Assembly (NCBI GenBank): GCA_038087875.1
Contig: CM075986.1
Location: 32,984,001-33,048,000 of the forward strand
DNA from: Malacoraja senta
Lineage: Eukaryota
Reading direction: 5' to 3'
Length of the DNA stretch: 64,000 nt
The notes beneath the pieces were generated by a model. It was not told the origin of the DNA and did not search any database. It was given only the letters and a program-made list of their open reading frames with translations. Every line of letters starts with the position of its first letter. The stretch's first letter is position 1. A program made the translations under genes and the position numbers. Of this stretch, positions 12,101 through 24,752 are shown piece after piece.

Positions 12101-15100
12101 GAAATTAATTCCGTACACAACTAGCCCTAAATATCATAATAGTATTATTTCTGATCACTCCCCGTTAACTTTCTTCTTAAAACTAGAAGGAATGACTGAT
12201 AAAAAATAGTTCTGGAGGTTTAACCCCCAAATTTTAAACAACCCACAAGGTTGCACATATTTAAAACAGCAGATGACATTTTTCTTTGAGACTAATGACA
12301 CACCAGGTATCTCACCCTCCTTATTATGGGAAGCTTTTAAGGCATTCATTAGAGGAGTTATAATTTCATATCAAGCTTTCCAAAATAAAAAGAACAATAC
12401 TGAACAATTGCAGCTAGAACAAATTAGACAATTAGATCTAGATAATGCCAAAGACCCAACCATAGACAAACATAATAAGATAACAATATTGAAATTTAAA
12501 TAAAATAAAATTTTATCGGCAAGAGTCATAACAGTACCTAAAGACATTAACAAAAGATTTGCCCAATTTTATCAAAATGTATATACATCTAAAACCTCAG
12601 CAGATAATACTAAAACATAAATTTCTTAGACAACTGTAATCTCCCAAAACTTAATCCATTGGAACAAGAGGAATTAGGAGCTCAGATTACACTTAAAGAA
12701 ATAGAAGAAACGATAAATTTAGTAATGAATTCTATAAACGATTTTACGAGATAATTTCCCCACGCTTACAAAAATTATACATACATGCTTTTAAAGAAAA
12801 TATATTACCAGAAACACTAGCCGAATCAACTATTACACATACCTAAAAAAGATAAAGATCTAGAAGAACCAGGTTCATATAGAGCCATAGCACTCTTAAA
12901 TACAGATCAGAAAATACTAGCAAAGACCCTAGCGAGAAGATTGAGTAAATACGTTAGTAAGCTAATAAACCCGGATCAAACGGGGTTTATACCCAAGAGA
13001 TACTCATCCAACAATTTGAGACGTTTGTCTAATATAATGTATTCACATAAAACTGAAGAAGAAGATTTATCAATTATTTCACTGGACGCAGAAAAAGCAT
13101 TTGATCAAGTAGAATGGCAATATCTGTTTAAAGTATTGCAAAAAATTAATATGGGAGAGAACTTTATCTCATGGGTAAAATGATTATATGACAAGCCGAC
13201 TGCTAGAATACTGACCAATAACATGTTATCTTCGAAATTTCAATTAACAAGGGGCAATAGACAGGGGTGTGCATTATCGCCCCTGCTATTTGCTCTTGTG
13301 ATAGAGCCACTAGCAGAAAGTATAAGGTCATCCGAATATTCACGGTTATAATACCAAACATACAAATAATAAAATTTCATTATACGCAGACGATGTATTA
13401 TTATACATTACAAAATCACAAATTAGTATACCAAATATATTAAATTTAATAGAGGAATTTGGCTCCTTTTCAGGATATAGAATAAATTGGAATAAAAGCG
13501 AAATCATGACGATAAAACCTCTAGAGCCGACACATCTGTTAAAATTCCCCTTTAGGATTGCAACAGAAAAATTTAAGTATTTAGGTATCCAAATTACTAG
13601 AAAATATAAATCATTATTTAATGCAAACTATATGCCTTTACTAACTAAGTTGAATGCGTTGATTAAATTCTGGAAAACACGGCCGATGTCTTTAATAGGC
13701 AGAATAAATGCTATAAAAATGATCTTTCTACCACAAATTCTGTATCTATTTCAATCAATTCCAATATATTTCCCAAAAAAGTTCTTAAAAAAATTAGACT
13801 CTGATATTACAAATTTCATATGGGACTATAGATCACATAGAATTCAAAGAAAACATCTGTGTAAACCTAAAGAATTTGGGGGACTGACACTCCCCAACTT
13901 TAAAATTAAGAAATTTATCGCTTCTTTCCCCAATAGCTAACAATCCCTCATTCAAACCATCTATTATTGATAAAACGTTTACCCATTGGGAAAGAATAGG
14001 AAATAAAATGATTAGAGATATGTATGAAATGGGAAACATTCTATCATTTCAACAACTACAATTAAAATACAGCCTGAAAAGTAATCAATATTTCAAATAC
14101 CTCCAAATCCGAGATTATTTGAAAAAACATATACAAGGATATTAAACTCTGACTTCAGACTTATTAGACGGAGGAATGAACAGAAAGGCAGAATCAAGCA
14201 ATTTAATATCATATTTATATAATATCATTTTAAATATAGAAATACCATCGACAGAATTAATTAGAATGGATTGGGAACGAGAATTATTTATAAAAATTCC
14301 AAAAGACAGATGGGAAAAATACTTGCTATATGTACACAAATGTTCGATTAATGTAAGACATAACTTAATTCAATTAAAATTTTTACATAGATTATATTAC
14401 TCGAAAGCTAGACTGAATAAATTTTTTCCAAATGTCTCCTCAATTTGTGACAAATGTTTATCTCAAAATGCCACTATAACACACTCTTTTGTCTCCTGCA
14501 CAAAACTTTATAAATTCTGAAATGAAATTGTTTGGATTTTTACAAAACTATTTAATATAAAACTGAATCCCAACACAGAACTGATTATCTTCGGAACAAA
14601 GGAAGACGGATGTAAGCTAACTACGTTTCAAAAATCTCTCTTTAATTATGGCTTAATAACGGCAAAAAAACGTACACTTAAATTTTGTAAAAATGCATCT
14701 ACACCAACGCTTAAAATGTGGATTTCAAATATGTCGGAAATGTTACATCTTGATGAAATGAGATTCCTCCTAGCAGGTAAAGCAGACCAATTCTTAATGA
14801 TTTGGTCTCCCTTTATCGACTTTTTACAAACATATGGTACAACACAACAGTAGAAATTAAATGTTTCAGAACCGGGTGAGGGGTGGGTAAAGTTATTAAA
14901 TAGGTATATCTCTCTTAATCTCTCTCTTTTTATTTCCATCCTTTTTTTTCTCTACTTCATTTTTCTTCTTTTTCTTTTTTTTTCTCCTTACCATTTTCTA
15001 CCTTTTTTTACCTGTTTCTTTCTTCGGGCTTTCTTTACTATTTCACGAACTAACACTTTCACCACTTTTTACGATACTCTCTTTTCCTCTATCTTCCCTA

Positions 15101-15230
15101 TCTTCATTTTCTGTTTTATTGTTAAATTAAAAATAAGAAGTTGTACATGAACTGTAATATCTCAGTGTGTATTAGGTACTTATGTACTACAATATTGTAC
15201 TTACTTCTAATAAAAATAAATTAAAAAAAA
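9123..15230 (+). mobile_element. Near full-length L1 LINE, inactivated (ORF1 ~9315-10370; ORF2 ~11442-14853)
   Basis: 5' end GGACTTCCGG. ORF1 has a coiled coil and LEARSRRQNLRIVG (Transposase_22-like). ORF2 has APE (SWNIRG, LQETHL, GGDFN, SRIDY, SDH), RT (LDAEKAFD, RQGC, YADD) and a C-terminal CxxC..H..C motif. Poly(A) tail and 15-bp TSD AACTTAAGTTAATTA at 9108-9122 and 15231-15245. Many stops and frameshifts. Confidence 0.93.
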
Positions 15231-17899
15231 AACTTAAGTTAATTAAGTGGTAACTTAATTAACCTATAATAGGCAAGTGAAAGGCAGAGAGTGAGGAAGG
15301 AGGGTTGGTTTACACTACGTATTTTAATGCAAGGGGCTTGATGGGTTCGGCAGATGAGCTCAGGGCATGGATAGGTACGAGCGACTGGGACGTTGTAGCC
15401 ATGACTGAAACCTGGTTAAGGGAGGGGCAAGACTGGCAGTTCAATGTTCTGGGGTACAAAAGCTTCAGGAGAGACAGGGGTGAGGGAAAAAGAAGGGGGT
15501 GTTGTATTGTTGGTTAAGGAGGATGTCACGGCTGTGTTCAGTGGTGACATTACGGACGGTTCGTCTGGTGAGGCTATATGGGTGGAGCTGAGGAACAAGA
15601 AAGGGATGATCACCTTGTTGGGGATGCACTACAGACCCCCGAAAAGTCAAAGGGAATTAGAAGAACAAATATGCCAGAAGATTGCAGACAGCTGCAGGTC
15701 AAATAAATTAGTTGTAGTGGGGGATTTTAACTTTCCCAATATAGTGAGAAAATCAGTGTGAAGGGTTTAGATGGGGTGCAATTCCTCAAAAGTGTTCAGG
15801 AGAATTTTCTTAAGCAATGTGTAGAGGTCCCCACACGTGAGAGGGCAACACTGGATCTAGTATTGGGAAATTGGGATGGGCAAGTTAATTAAGTGTTTGC
15901 GGTGGAGCCTTTTGGGACCAGTGACCACAGTTCGATTAGGTTTAAGATTGTTACGAATAGGGACGGAGATGGTCCACATGTTAAAATGCTCAACTGGGGT
16001 AAGGCCAACTTTGAGGATATGAGACAAGGTCTCACTCAAGTTGACTGGAGCAGGTTATTTGAGGGAAAAGGAACATTGGCCCAGTGGGATGTTTTTAAAG
16101 GTGTGCTGGCAAAAGCTCAGGATATGTACGTCCCCGTTAGAATGATGGGCAAAGCAGGCAAACGTAAGGAAGCTTGGCTGATGAGGGAAATTGAGGCGTT
16201 GATCAAAAACAAGAATGATGCATGGGACAGGTATAGGCAGCTGGGATCGTGCATCCCTGGAGGAGTTTCAGGAACTAAGGAGTAAACTGAAAAAGGAAAT
16301 CAGAAGGGCAAAAAGGGGCCAGGAGATAGCTCTGGCGAGTAGCATTAAGGAAAATCCCAAAAGATTTTATCAAACCATAAGGGGAAAGGGATAATTAGAG
16401 AGAGAGAGTGGGACCCCTCAGGAATCAAAGCGATCACCTCTGTGTGGAGCCACAGGTGATGGGCAAGGTATTAAATGAGTATTTCTCCTCAGTATCTACC
16501 GAGGAGAAAGAGAGTAGGACGGAGGAACTCGGGGCAGTCAATGGAAGTGTCTTGAGAGCAGTCAGTGTTACCTTCGAAGAAGTACTGAATCGTGTATGAG
16601 GGTAGACAAATCCCCAGGGCCTGATCAGATATATCCGAGGACATTGTGGGAAACTGGAGAGGAAATTGTGGGAGCCCTGGTTGAAATTTACACGACGTCC
16701 TTAAACACAGGAGAGGTGCCGGAAGACTGGAGGGTGGTAAATGTTGTGTTTGTTTTCAAGAAGGGCTGCAGGGAAAATGCTGGGAACTATAGGCAGTGAG
16801 CTTAACATCGGTAGTTGGAAATTTACCAGAGAGTATTCTGAGGGATAGGTTATACAGGCATTTGGATGGGCAAGGGCTGATTAGGGATAGACAGCATGGT
16901 TTTGTAAGTGGGAGGTCCTGTCTCACAAACCTGATTGATTTTTTTGAAGACGTGACCAAAATGGTCGATGAGGGCAGAGCTGTAGATGTTGTGTACATGG
17001 ATTTCAGTAAGACATTCGACAAGGTTCCGCATGGTAGGCTGCTCTGGAAGATTAGTTCTCATGGGGTCTAAGGAGAGATAGCTGAATGGATAGCAAATTG
17101 GCTCCATGGAAGGAAGCAGAGGGTGATGGTAGGTTGCTTCTCGGACTGGAGGCCTGTGACTAGTGGTGTGCCTCAGGGTTCGGTGCTGGTTTGTCATCTA
17201 CATCAATGATTTGGATGAGAATATACAGGGCAAGATTAACAAGTTCGCTGATGATATAAAAGTGAGTGGTTTTGCAGATAGTTGTGAAAAATTGCAGCAG
17301 GAACTGGATCGATAGGCCAGGTGGGCTGAGGAATGGTTGATGGAATTTAATACAGAGCAGCGTGAGGTGTTGCATTTTGGGATATCTAACAAGAGCAGGA
17401 CCTACACAGTGAATGGTAGGCCTCTGGGGAGTGTTGTAGAGCAGAGGGATCTAGGAGTGCAGGGTATTGAGTATAGAAGTTGGGAGGTCATGTTGCAGTT
17501 GTATAAGATGTTGGTGAGACTGCATTTAGAATATTCTGTTCAGTTCTGGGCATCATGTTATAGGAGTGATAAGCTTGAAAGGGTTCAGAAAAGATTTGCG
17601 AGGATGTTGCCAGGATTTGAGGGTGTGAGCTATAGGGAGAGGTTGAGTAGGCTGGGTCTTTATTCCTTGGAGCGCAGGACGATGAGGGGTGATCTTATAG
17701 AGGTGTACAAAATCATGAGGAAAAGATTGGGTAAATGCACAGAGTCTCTTGCCCAGAGTAGGGAAATCGAGGACCAGAGGACATAGGTTCAAGGTGAAGG
17801 GGAAAAGATTAAATAAGAATCCGAGGGGTAACTTTTTCATATAAAGGGTGGTGGGTGTTTGGAACAAGCTGCCAGAGGAGGTAGTTGAGGCTGGGACTA

Positions 17900-18195
17900 A
17901 AGGCCTTGTCCCACGATGCGAGTTCACCCAAGAGCTCTCCTGAGTTAAAAAAAAATCAAACTCGTGGTAAGTACGTAGAATGTACGTAGCGGGTACGTCG
18001 GAGCTCGTGGATGTCTCATAGCGGCTCGTAATGGTAACGGCAGGTACTCGGGAAACGCGGAAACTTGTGAAGTTTTTTCAAAAGTGTGAAAAATTTCCAT
18101 GAGTAAAAAAATACTCGTGATGAGGTACCATGAGTTTGATTTTTTTAAAACTCGGGAGAGCTCTTGGGTGAACTCGCATCGTGGGACAGGCCCTT
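17900..18195. mobile_element. Harbinger-type MITE inside the CR1 3' end
   Basis: About 70-bp TIRs starting AAGG(C/G)C(T/C)TGTCCCACGATGCGAG, with the same termini as 159-660 and 39507-40252. Confidence 0.8.
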
Positions 18196-18429
18196 AAGGG
18201 TGGTGGGTGTTTGGAACAAGCTGCCAGAGGAGGTAGTTGAGTCTGGGACTATCACATCGTTAAGAAACAGTTAGACAGATACATGGATAGGACAGGTTTG
18301 GACGGATATGGACCAAGCGCAGGAAGGTGGGACTGGTGTAGCTGGGACATTGTTGGCCAGTGTGGGCAAGTTGAGCCGAAGGGCCTGTTTCCACACTGTA
18401 TCATTCTGACTCTAATGCCTATGCCAAAT

Positions 18430-19490
18430 GACCAAGGAGCACGATCTTTGCCGTCCATCCCACCACATTTTGCCTTTAGTAGATCGCCTTTCGCAATTTC
18501 TGCCAGCTCCCATCAGATACATCAAATCCCCTCCACTTCAGTGTTTCAAAGGCACACTTTGTTTTGCCACCACCCACTCTCCATTTCTCAACACTTTATA
18601 CCATTGTAGGAGACGCAGTGCTGGTCCTATCACCCATTCCCACCATTCAGGAACTCAACCAGTGTTTTTTCATGTGAAGCAATAATTCACTAGATTTCTT
18701 CCATTCCATTGTATCACATTTGTTTTTCACAACGTGGCTTCCTTTGTATGGGATAACCAAATGCAGATTATACTTGCAGATAGTTATATTATATACACTG
18801 ATTTGCAAAGCACTTGCTTTGGTGCGAGTGGTGATCCATGATCCATGGTGTGAGGGGGAAATGGGAATGGGGGTGCCCATGAGCTTCCAATTGTCTAGTT
18901 ATCAATTGACCTCCTGCACTGTTATAACGAGGTTCAATGTAAGCGTGAATGTAAGCAATGTACCTCATCTTCTTTCTGGGCACATTACAGATTTCTCGAT
19001 CTTAGCAAATTCCCTCTTCATATAACTTGCTTTCTCTATATCACAACTGGCATTTCCTTCTGCAAATCAAATTGCTAAGTGTTTCTCTTTAGAATAATAG
19101 CACAGCCTGATCTACTGGACATGTCCCATTGCCCTTAAATTTGTAATGCATGACAATTTTTGTGTATTACCACCCTCCAACTTACTGATTCCCTCCCCAC
19201 CACTCCACTCTCCCCAACTAACCCATTTGAAGGAATCTCCACAGAAATCCCAGCAACACCCTATCACAGAAATTCCATTTCTTTTCCTATTCTTCCCAAC
19301 TAGCTCTGCCTGCCCCAACCCTCCCCATTCTTGTCCACTTAAAATTAATATAGTTTTGTCTTTTCCAGTTCCGATGAAACGTCTTCGATCTGAAATGTTA
19401 TTTCTTTTTCCACAGCTGTTGCCTCGCCTGCTCATTGTTTCCAGCATTTTCTTGGTTATGTCTGATGTTTTTTGAATTTCAAAGATCAGT
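18430..19490 (+). mobile_element. Highly decayed Penelope-like element 3' part
   Basis: Remnants of the GIY-YIG region near 18670-18785, followed by a pyrimidine-rich tract and a degenerate pLTR core at ~19370-19450. Confidence 0.5.
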
Positions 19491-19520
19491 CATCTTAAAA
19501 TAGAAATGTTGATTGGAAAA

Positions 19521-20499
19521 TGTTTATGAATGATCCACAGCAACACGCACATGGTAAAGATCAATCTTTATTCCATAGGCAAACAGGAACATTCCAACAG
19601 CCAGCTGCTCGCATCTAGCTCCGCTGACTTGTGAGAGAGCGAGCGAGTTAGCTGACCTTGTGTAGACCATAATACCATGTAACGGGTGGCATGCACATAT
19701 GTGTAGTGGAGATAATAAATGGCATGAATTAATAAGGGTTAATCTACATCCTTCCTCTTAAAGAAGCAAAGCATTTATATAGTGGTTAGTGGGGCATATT
19801 GTAAAACACTAGTATAAGGTGCGGCATTTATTATTTTACTGCATATGTGAGCACATAAAACTAAACGGGTCATGCACAGTTCAAGTGTAGCCTGTAAATT
19901 TTCCAATCAGCGGCTATACCCCTCATCCTTTGCTGAGGGAGCATGTTCCTTATTGGGCGAACACGGAGAAGACACCAGTGGAGATGGGGGCACCGGGGAA
20001 GGCAGGGATGGCACTGGCACCGGAATCGCTGGAGCAGCATTCGCGGAGCTGGTCTGGGTAAGGACGTGGAGGTGCCGGTTCATTAACCGGGAGGTGTTGG
20101 AGGGTTCGCCGATAGATGCCATTGTCAATACTGACCAAGTAAGAGCGTGGTTCTGCATGGACCCCAGAATGACTCCGAGGCTGTCGTATCCTCGGAGAGA
20201 CCACAAGCGGACAACCTGTCCCTTGTTCAGCGGTCTCCTTTGGAGGCGTAGGTTCAGACCACACTTTTGACACCATGTTTATGAATGATCCACAGCAACA
20301 CGCACATGGTAAAGATCAATCTTTATTCCATAGGCAAACAGGAACATTCCAACAGCCAGCTGCTCGCATCTAGCTCCGCTGACTTGTGAGAGAAAGATTA
20401 GCTGACCTTGTGTAGTACTGTAATACCATGTAAACGGTGGCATGCACATATGTGTAGTGGGGATTATAAATGGCATGAATAAATAAGGGTTAATCTACA
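19521..20499 (-). mobile_element. Miniature internally deleted Ty3/Gypsy LTR element
   Basis: LTRs at 19521-19748 and 20276-20499 with TG..CA ends. PBS TGGTGTCAAAAGTG directly after the 5' LTR and PPT AAGAGGAAGGA before the 3' LTR. The internal part encodes the integrase tail PRSYLVSIDNGIYRRTLQHL. Confidence 0.85.
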
Positions 20500-20639
20500 G
20501 ATGCTTTCTAAAAATTGTTTTACAGAAATGATTACATTTCTCAGTTATCAATTTAGGGATGCAGATTCCATTAAATGAAAATATTTTATGCAATGAAGCT
20601 ATTGACTTTCAGTGGAGAATGGCCTATGGGGCTAACAGT

Positions 20640-20990
20640 TAAAGATAAGGTGCTGGAATACCTCAGCGGATCAAAGACAGCAGCTCTGGAGAACATGGAT
20701 AGGTGACATTGTGGGTCAGGATCCTTCAGACTGATTGTAGTTGGACGAAGAATGCTGGAAGAGAGGGTGGGACAAAGTCTGGTAAGTGATAGATGGATAC
20801 GGGGTGGGGGGGGGGGGATGTGGTTTATTGGCAGATGGTTAGTCAAAGGCCAGAAAAAAAAGACAATGTGTGACATGAGGGTACAAGAGGCACAAATTAT
20901 GAAGCCAGAGAAATGAATATAGGGAAAGGAATGAGGTGGGGCATAGAGAAGAGGAGGGGGGGTGGGGGGTCTTTGCAGGTTGTAAGTCTA
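20640..20990 (-). mobile_element. Decayed Penelope pLTR fragment
   Basis: gctggaatacctcagcgg..ctggagaacatggataggtgac..ccttcagactga core followed by a purine-rich tract. Confidence 0.55.
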
Positions 20991-21108
20991 TAAGTAAATC
21001 AAGGAAATAAGAAACACGCAGAAAAGTAGCCGACGCCAAATTCAGATGTCACAACCTTATTGATTGGCTTGACTGTATGACCTGCTTCTAAGTTCATAAG
21101 TGATAGGA

Positions 21109-22081
21109 TCTTCTCCGTGGATTGTCATCTTGTCGTGGTGGTGAAACTTGTGTGGGCCTGAGATCCTGAGAGAGATGCCGTCTGGAGCAATGCTCCTGGT
21201 AGGGCCACCCAAGATGGTAAGGTCGAGGGGGAAGTCTCTGACAAAGAGCAATCCAACCAAGACCTCAATGGTGGAACAGGCGGAGGACGATGGCTGACCT
21301 TCGTGGAGCGTCACAACGGCTGGGAAGGCGGATGAAGGTTGCAGCAGAAAAGGGTCTCCGGTCGTGTTGGACTCCATGCCACCATATCCTGACCCAGATC
21401 TGTCAAGGACTGTGGGGTGGCTGTCTGTGCACCAGTCTCCCCACGTTAAACAAAGTCATGCACAGGCGTCCTCCATATAGCATCCTGGAGGGGTGAAGAT
21501 AAACACCAAATGCAAACCTCCGCTGCCTTGTGGCTATTACCTTATTCAGGAAAGGTGAAGACTGGATCCGGTGGAATACGAGACCACCATTTGGCGGTCC
21601 AACGGGTAAGAAGGTGGACCCAGCAAAGCGTTGTGGAGCGCAATTAGGGCACAATGTCCATGAAGAATACTGGTGGCCATCCACTGCATCCTGACCTATC
21701 GCCAGCCGTCTTGACTATGTCTTGCCACTGGATCCAGATAGGCCGGGACGAGAGTGATGCTGACAATTTGCGCAACTCTCCCTCACTTTAATCCAAGTCA
21801 AGTGCAAGTCATGACTTCAGGACCCGTACCGCCAAGCTGGGCAAAGCAAGATCACCACAGGAGCGCGTGCAGCTGAGAAGAAGCGCACCGCAGAAGCTCA
21901 GAGGAAACCCGGCGCGCTTAAGGCTCGAGCCACTTCCAACGTCTAGTGCAGCACCCACCCAACCGTGTCCCATATGAAAGTGAGCATTTTGGGCCTGGAT
22001 CGGTCTCACCAGTCACCTCCGGACCCACAACCAAAAACACTTTAGTCATGGTCTTCTTCGACTATGAAGAACGATCAACAC
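21109..22081 (+). mobile_element. Non-autonomous RTE-clade element (5'UTR fused to 3' end) inserted in a CR1 3' tail
   Basis: The 5' part resembles the RTE/BovB 5'UTR (cttgtcgtggtg..gggccacccaagatgg..tctgacaaa). The 3' part encodes ..RIGLTSHLRTH. 9-bp TSD GTGATAGGA at 21100-21108 and 22082-22090. Confidence 0.7.
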
Positions 22082-22399
22082 GTGATAGGAGCAGAATTAG
22101 GCTATTCGGCCAATCAAATCTACTCCGCCATTCTATCTATCTCTCCCTCCAAATCCCATTCTCCTGCCTTCTCCCCATAACCCCTGGCACCTACTAGTAC
22201 TGCTGAAGGTATAAAAGTTGTACTTATACGTAAGGAGCCTTCATGAAGTAATGGGATATATGCGTGTTGATTGCTTAATAAATCTTGAGAAATGCATCTT
22301 CAAAGCAATCATAAGTAGTTGGTCAATAACTAAATATTGGCTTATTGAGCTAGTATCCTTGGAAAAGTTGTTGTGGGTTATATTGAAAATCTAAAAATC

Positions 22400-24088
22400 C
22401 CCAGACGCCACCCTTCCTGACGAACTAAACCATTTCTATGCTCGCTTTGACCGGGATAACAAAACCCCAGCCATCAAAGTTGCTCCACCCCCAAATGAAC
22501 AACCCCTCAGTCTCTCCACCTCTGCTGTACAAGATGCACTGAGCAAGGTGAATGAGCGCAAAGCTGCCGGCCCCGATGGCATCCCTGGCCGGGTGCTTAG
22601 GGCATGTGCTGGACAACTATCCCGTCTTTACCGACATTTTCAATCTCTCACTGGCCCAGGGTGTTGTCCCCACTTGCCTCAAGACATCAACCATCGTGCC
22701 AGTGCCCAAACAGTCAGCCACAGGGAGCCTCAACGATTTCCGCCCAGTGGCACTCACCCCTGTCATTGCTAAGTGCTTTGAGCGGCTGATCTTGGCTCAC
22801 CTCAAAGCCAGCCTCCCCCCCACACTGGACCCCCATCAGTTTGCCTACCGGGCCAACAGGTCTACAGAGGACGCCATATCGGCGGCCCTACACTCTGCCC
22901 TGACCCACCTGGACAACAACAACTCCTACATCAGGTTGCTGTTCATTGATTTCAGCTCCGCTTTTAACATTGTCATTCCCGCCAGCTTGATCACCAAACT
23001 CAGCGGGCTTGGCATCTCCACCTCCCTCTGCAACTGGACACTGGATTTCCTCACCAACAGACCAGTCTGTTAGGGTCAACAACCTCACCTCCTCCACTAT
23101 AACACTGAACACCGGCGTGCCACAGGGCTGTGTGCTCAGCCCTCTCCTTTACTCCCTCTTCACCCACGACTGCATCCCTAAGTACGGATCCAACGCCATC
23201 ATTAAGTTTGCTGACGACACCACGGTGGTAGGACTAATCAGTGACAACGATGAGTCAGCCTACAGAGAGGAGGTGCAGCACCTGACAACCTGGTGTGCCA
23301 ACAATAACCTCGTCCTCAACTCCAAGAAGACGAAGGAAATTATTGTCGACTTCAGGAAGGTCAGAGGGAGCAGACATACCCCCATCCATATAAACGGGAC
23401 TGAGGTGGAGCGCGTCTCCAGCTACAAATTCCTCGGGGTACACATCTCGGAGGATTTGTCCTGGTCCCTCAACACCTCCAAGCTGATCAAAAAGGCACAG
23501 CAGCGCCTTTACTTCCTGAGGCTCAAGAAAGCCCACCTGTCCCCCCAGATCCTGACCAACTTCTACCGGTATACCATCGAGAGCATCCTGACCACCTGCT
23601 TCACGGTATGGTACAGCAGCTGCACTGTTGCGGACAGGAAGGCACTACAACGGGTGGTGAAAACCGCGCAGCACATCATCGGTGCCCCGCTCCCTGCCAT
23701 GGATGCCCTCCACCGAAAACGGTGTCTGAAACGGGCTGGGAAGATCATTAAAGACCCCTCCCACCCCAACCATGGACTGTTAGCCCTCCTCCCATCAGGG
23801 AGGCGGTACAGGAGCCTCAGGTCTCGTACCAGTAGGATGAGGAACAGCTTCTACAATTATACCGTCGCATTGCTGAACTCGGAGTCCCGCCGATAGATTC
23901 CTCCGGTCCCTCCGTCCCCATTGTTAATTATTCTGTATTTTTGATTATTCTGTATCCTCCTTTTTTAAAAATTTCTATATTGCACTACTACTACGGACTG
24001 ACGCAAAACTGCATTTCGTTGTACCCATACTCAGTATTTGTGCAATGACATTAAAGTTGAATTGAATTGAAATTGAATTGAATTGAAT
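22400..24088 (+). mobile_element. Rex1/Babar-type LINE, 5'-truncated
   Basis: [44 protein letters not shown], with few frameshifts and an (ATTGA)n tail. Confidence 0.85.
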
Positions 24089-24491
24089 AAATCTTATTAT
24101 TCTACATTACTACCTCTTGTGATTTTTCACAAGTCTGGAGTCAATGTTGAAAGTTCTCTGGTCATCTTGGTCAAGTGATGAGAGCTTTCTGGGAATTAGT
24201 TGGGTATGAGCAATTAGTAGATGAGAACAAAAATCTGACATTGTAAATTCTGGACACTGGATAAGCGTGATAGTATTTTAAGATCAGATCTTCATTGAAA
24301 TGTCTTAACTGTTTCACGGTTATATTAATGATGGTACAGAGTGCAGCCTCAACATAGTGCAAAAGTTGGAATTAAGTACACACAGTAATCGGGTGAAGTT
24401 GAGGAAAGGAAGTGCTGCTTTGGTAATTTTTTAATTGGGATTAAATTTGAAGAGTATACTTTGGGTATTTGGTCAGAATGGGGTGGACTTT

Positions 24492-24496
24492 ACATT

Positions 24497-24529
<33 letters not shown>

Positions 24530-24752
24530 TTGTATTTATATAGCACTTTTCAATCAAATCACTTGAAACCAAAGTGCTTTACAGAGAATTATCCATATCC
24601 ATATGTTGATATCAACATATCAACATTCACACGCAGGCAAAGGTGGGTGAAGTGTCTTGCCCAAGGACACAACGACAGTATGCACTCCAAGCGGGATTCG
24701 AACCGGCTACCTTCCGGTTGCCAGCCGAACACTTAGCCCATTGCGCCATCTG
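24492..24752 (-). mobile_element. tRNA-derived SINE with CORE-like block and L2-type tail
   Basis: A box TGGCGCAATGG, B box GGTTCGAATCC, GTGTCCTTGGGCAAGACACTT block, tail GTAAAGCACTTTG..AAAAGTGCTATA, then (TA)n. Confidence 0.8.

Larger units (their letters stand above)
7398..18415 (+). mobile_element. CR1 LINE split by nested insertions (pieces 7398-7585 and 15273-18415)
   Basis: The ORF1 end (..LHLNWR..ILAGRFANATREGLN*) is at ~7400-7490. ORF2 endonuclease (YFNARGL, TETWL, GDFN, SDH) and RT resume after 15273. AATAG occurs at both junctions (7581-7585, 15268-15272). Confidence 0.8.

Noticed and set aside
24680-24752. tRNA gene
   Set aside because: A and B boxes are present, but the sequence continues into a SINE body and L2-type tail with no convincing acceptor stem or terminator.
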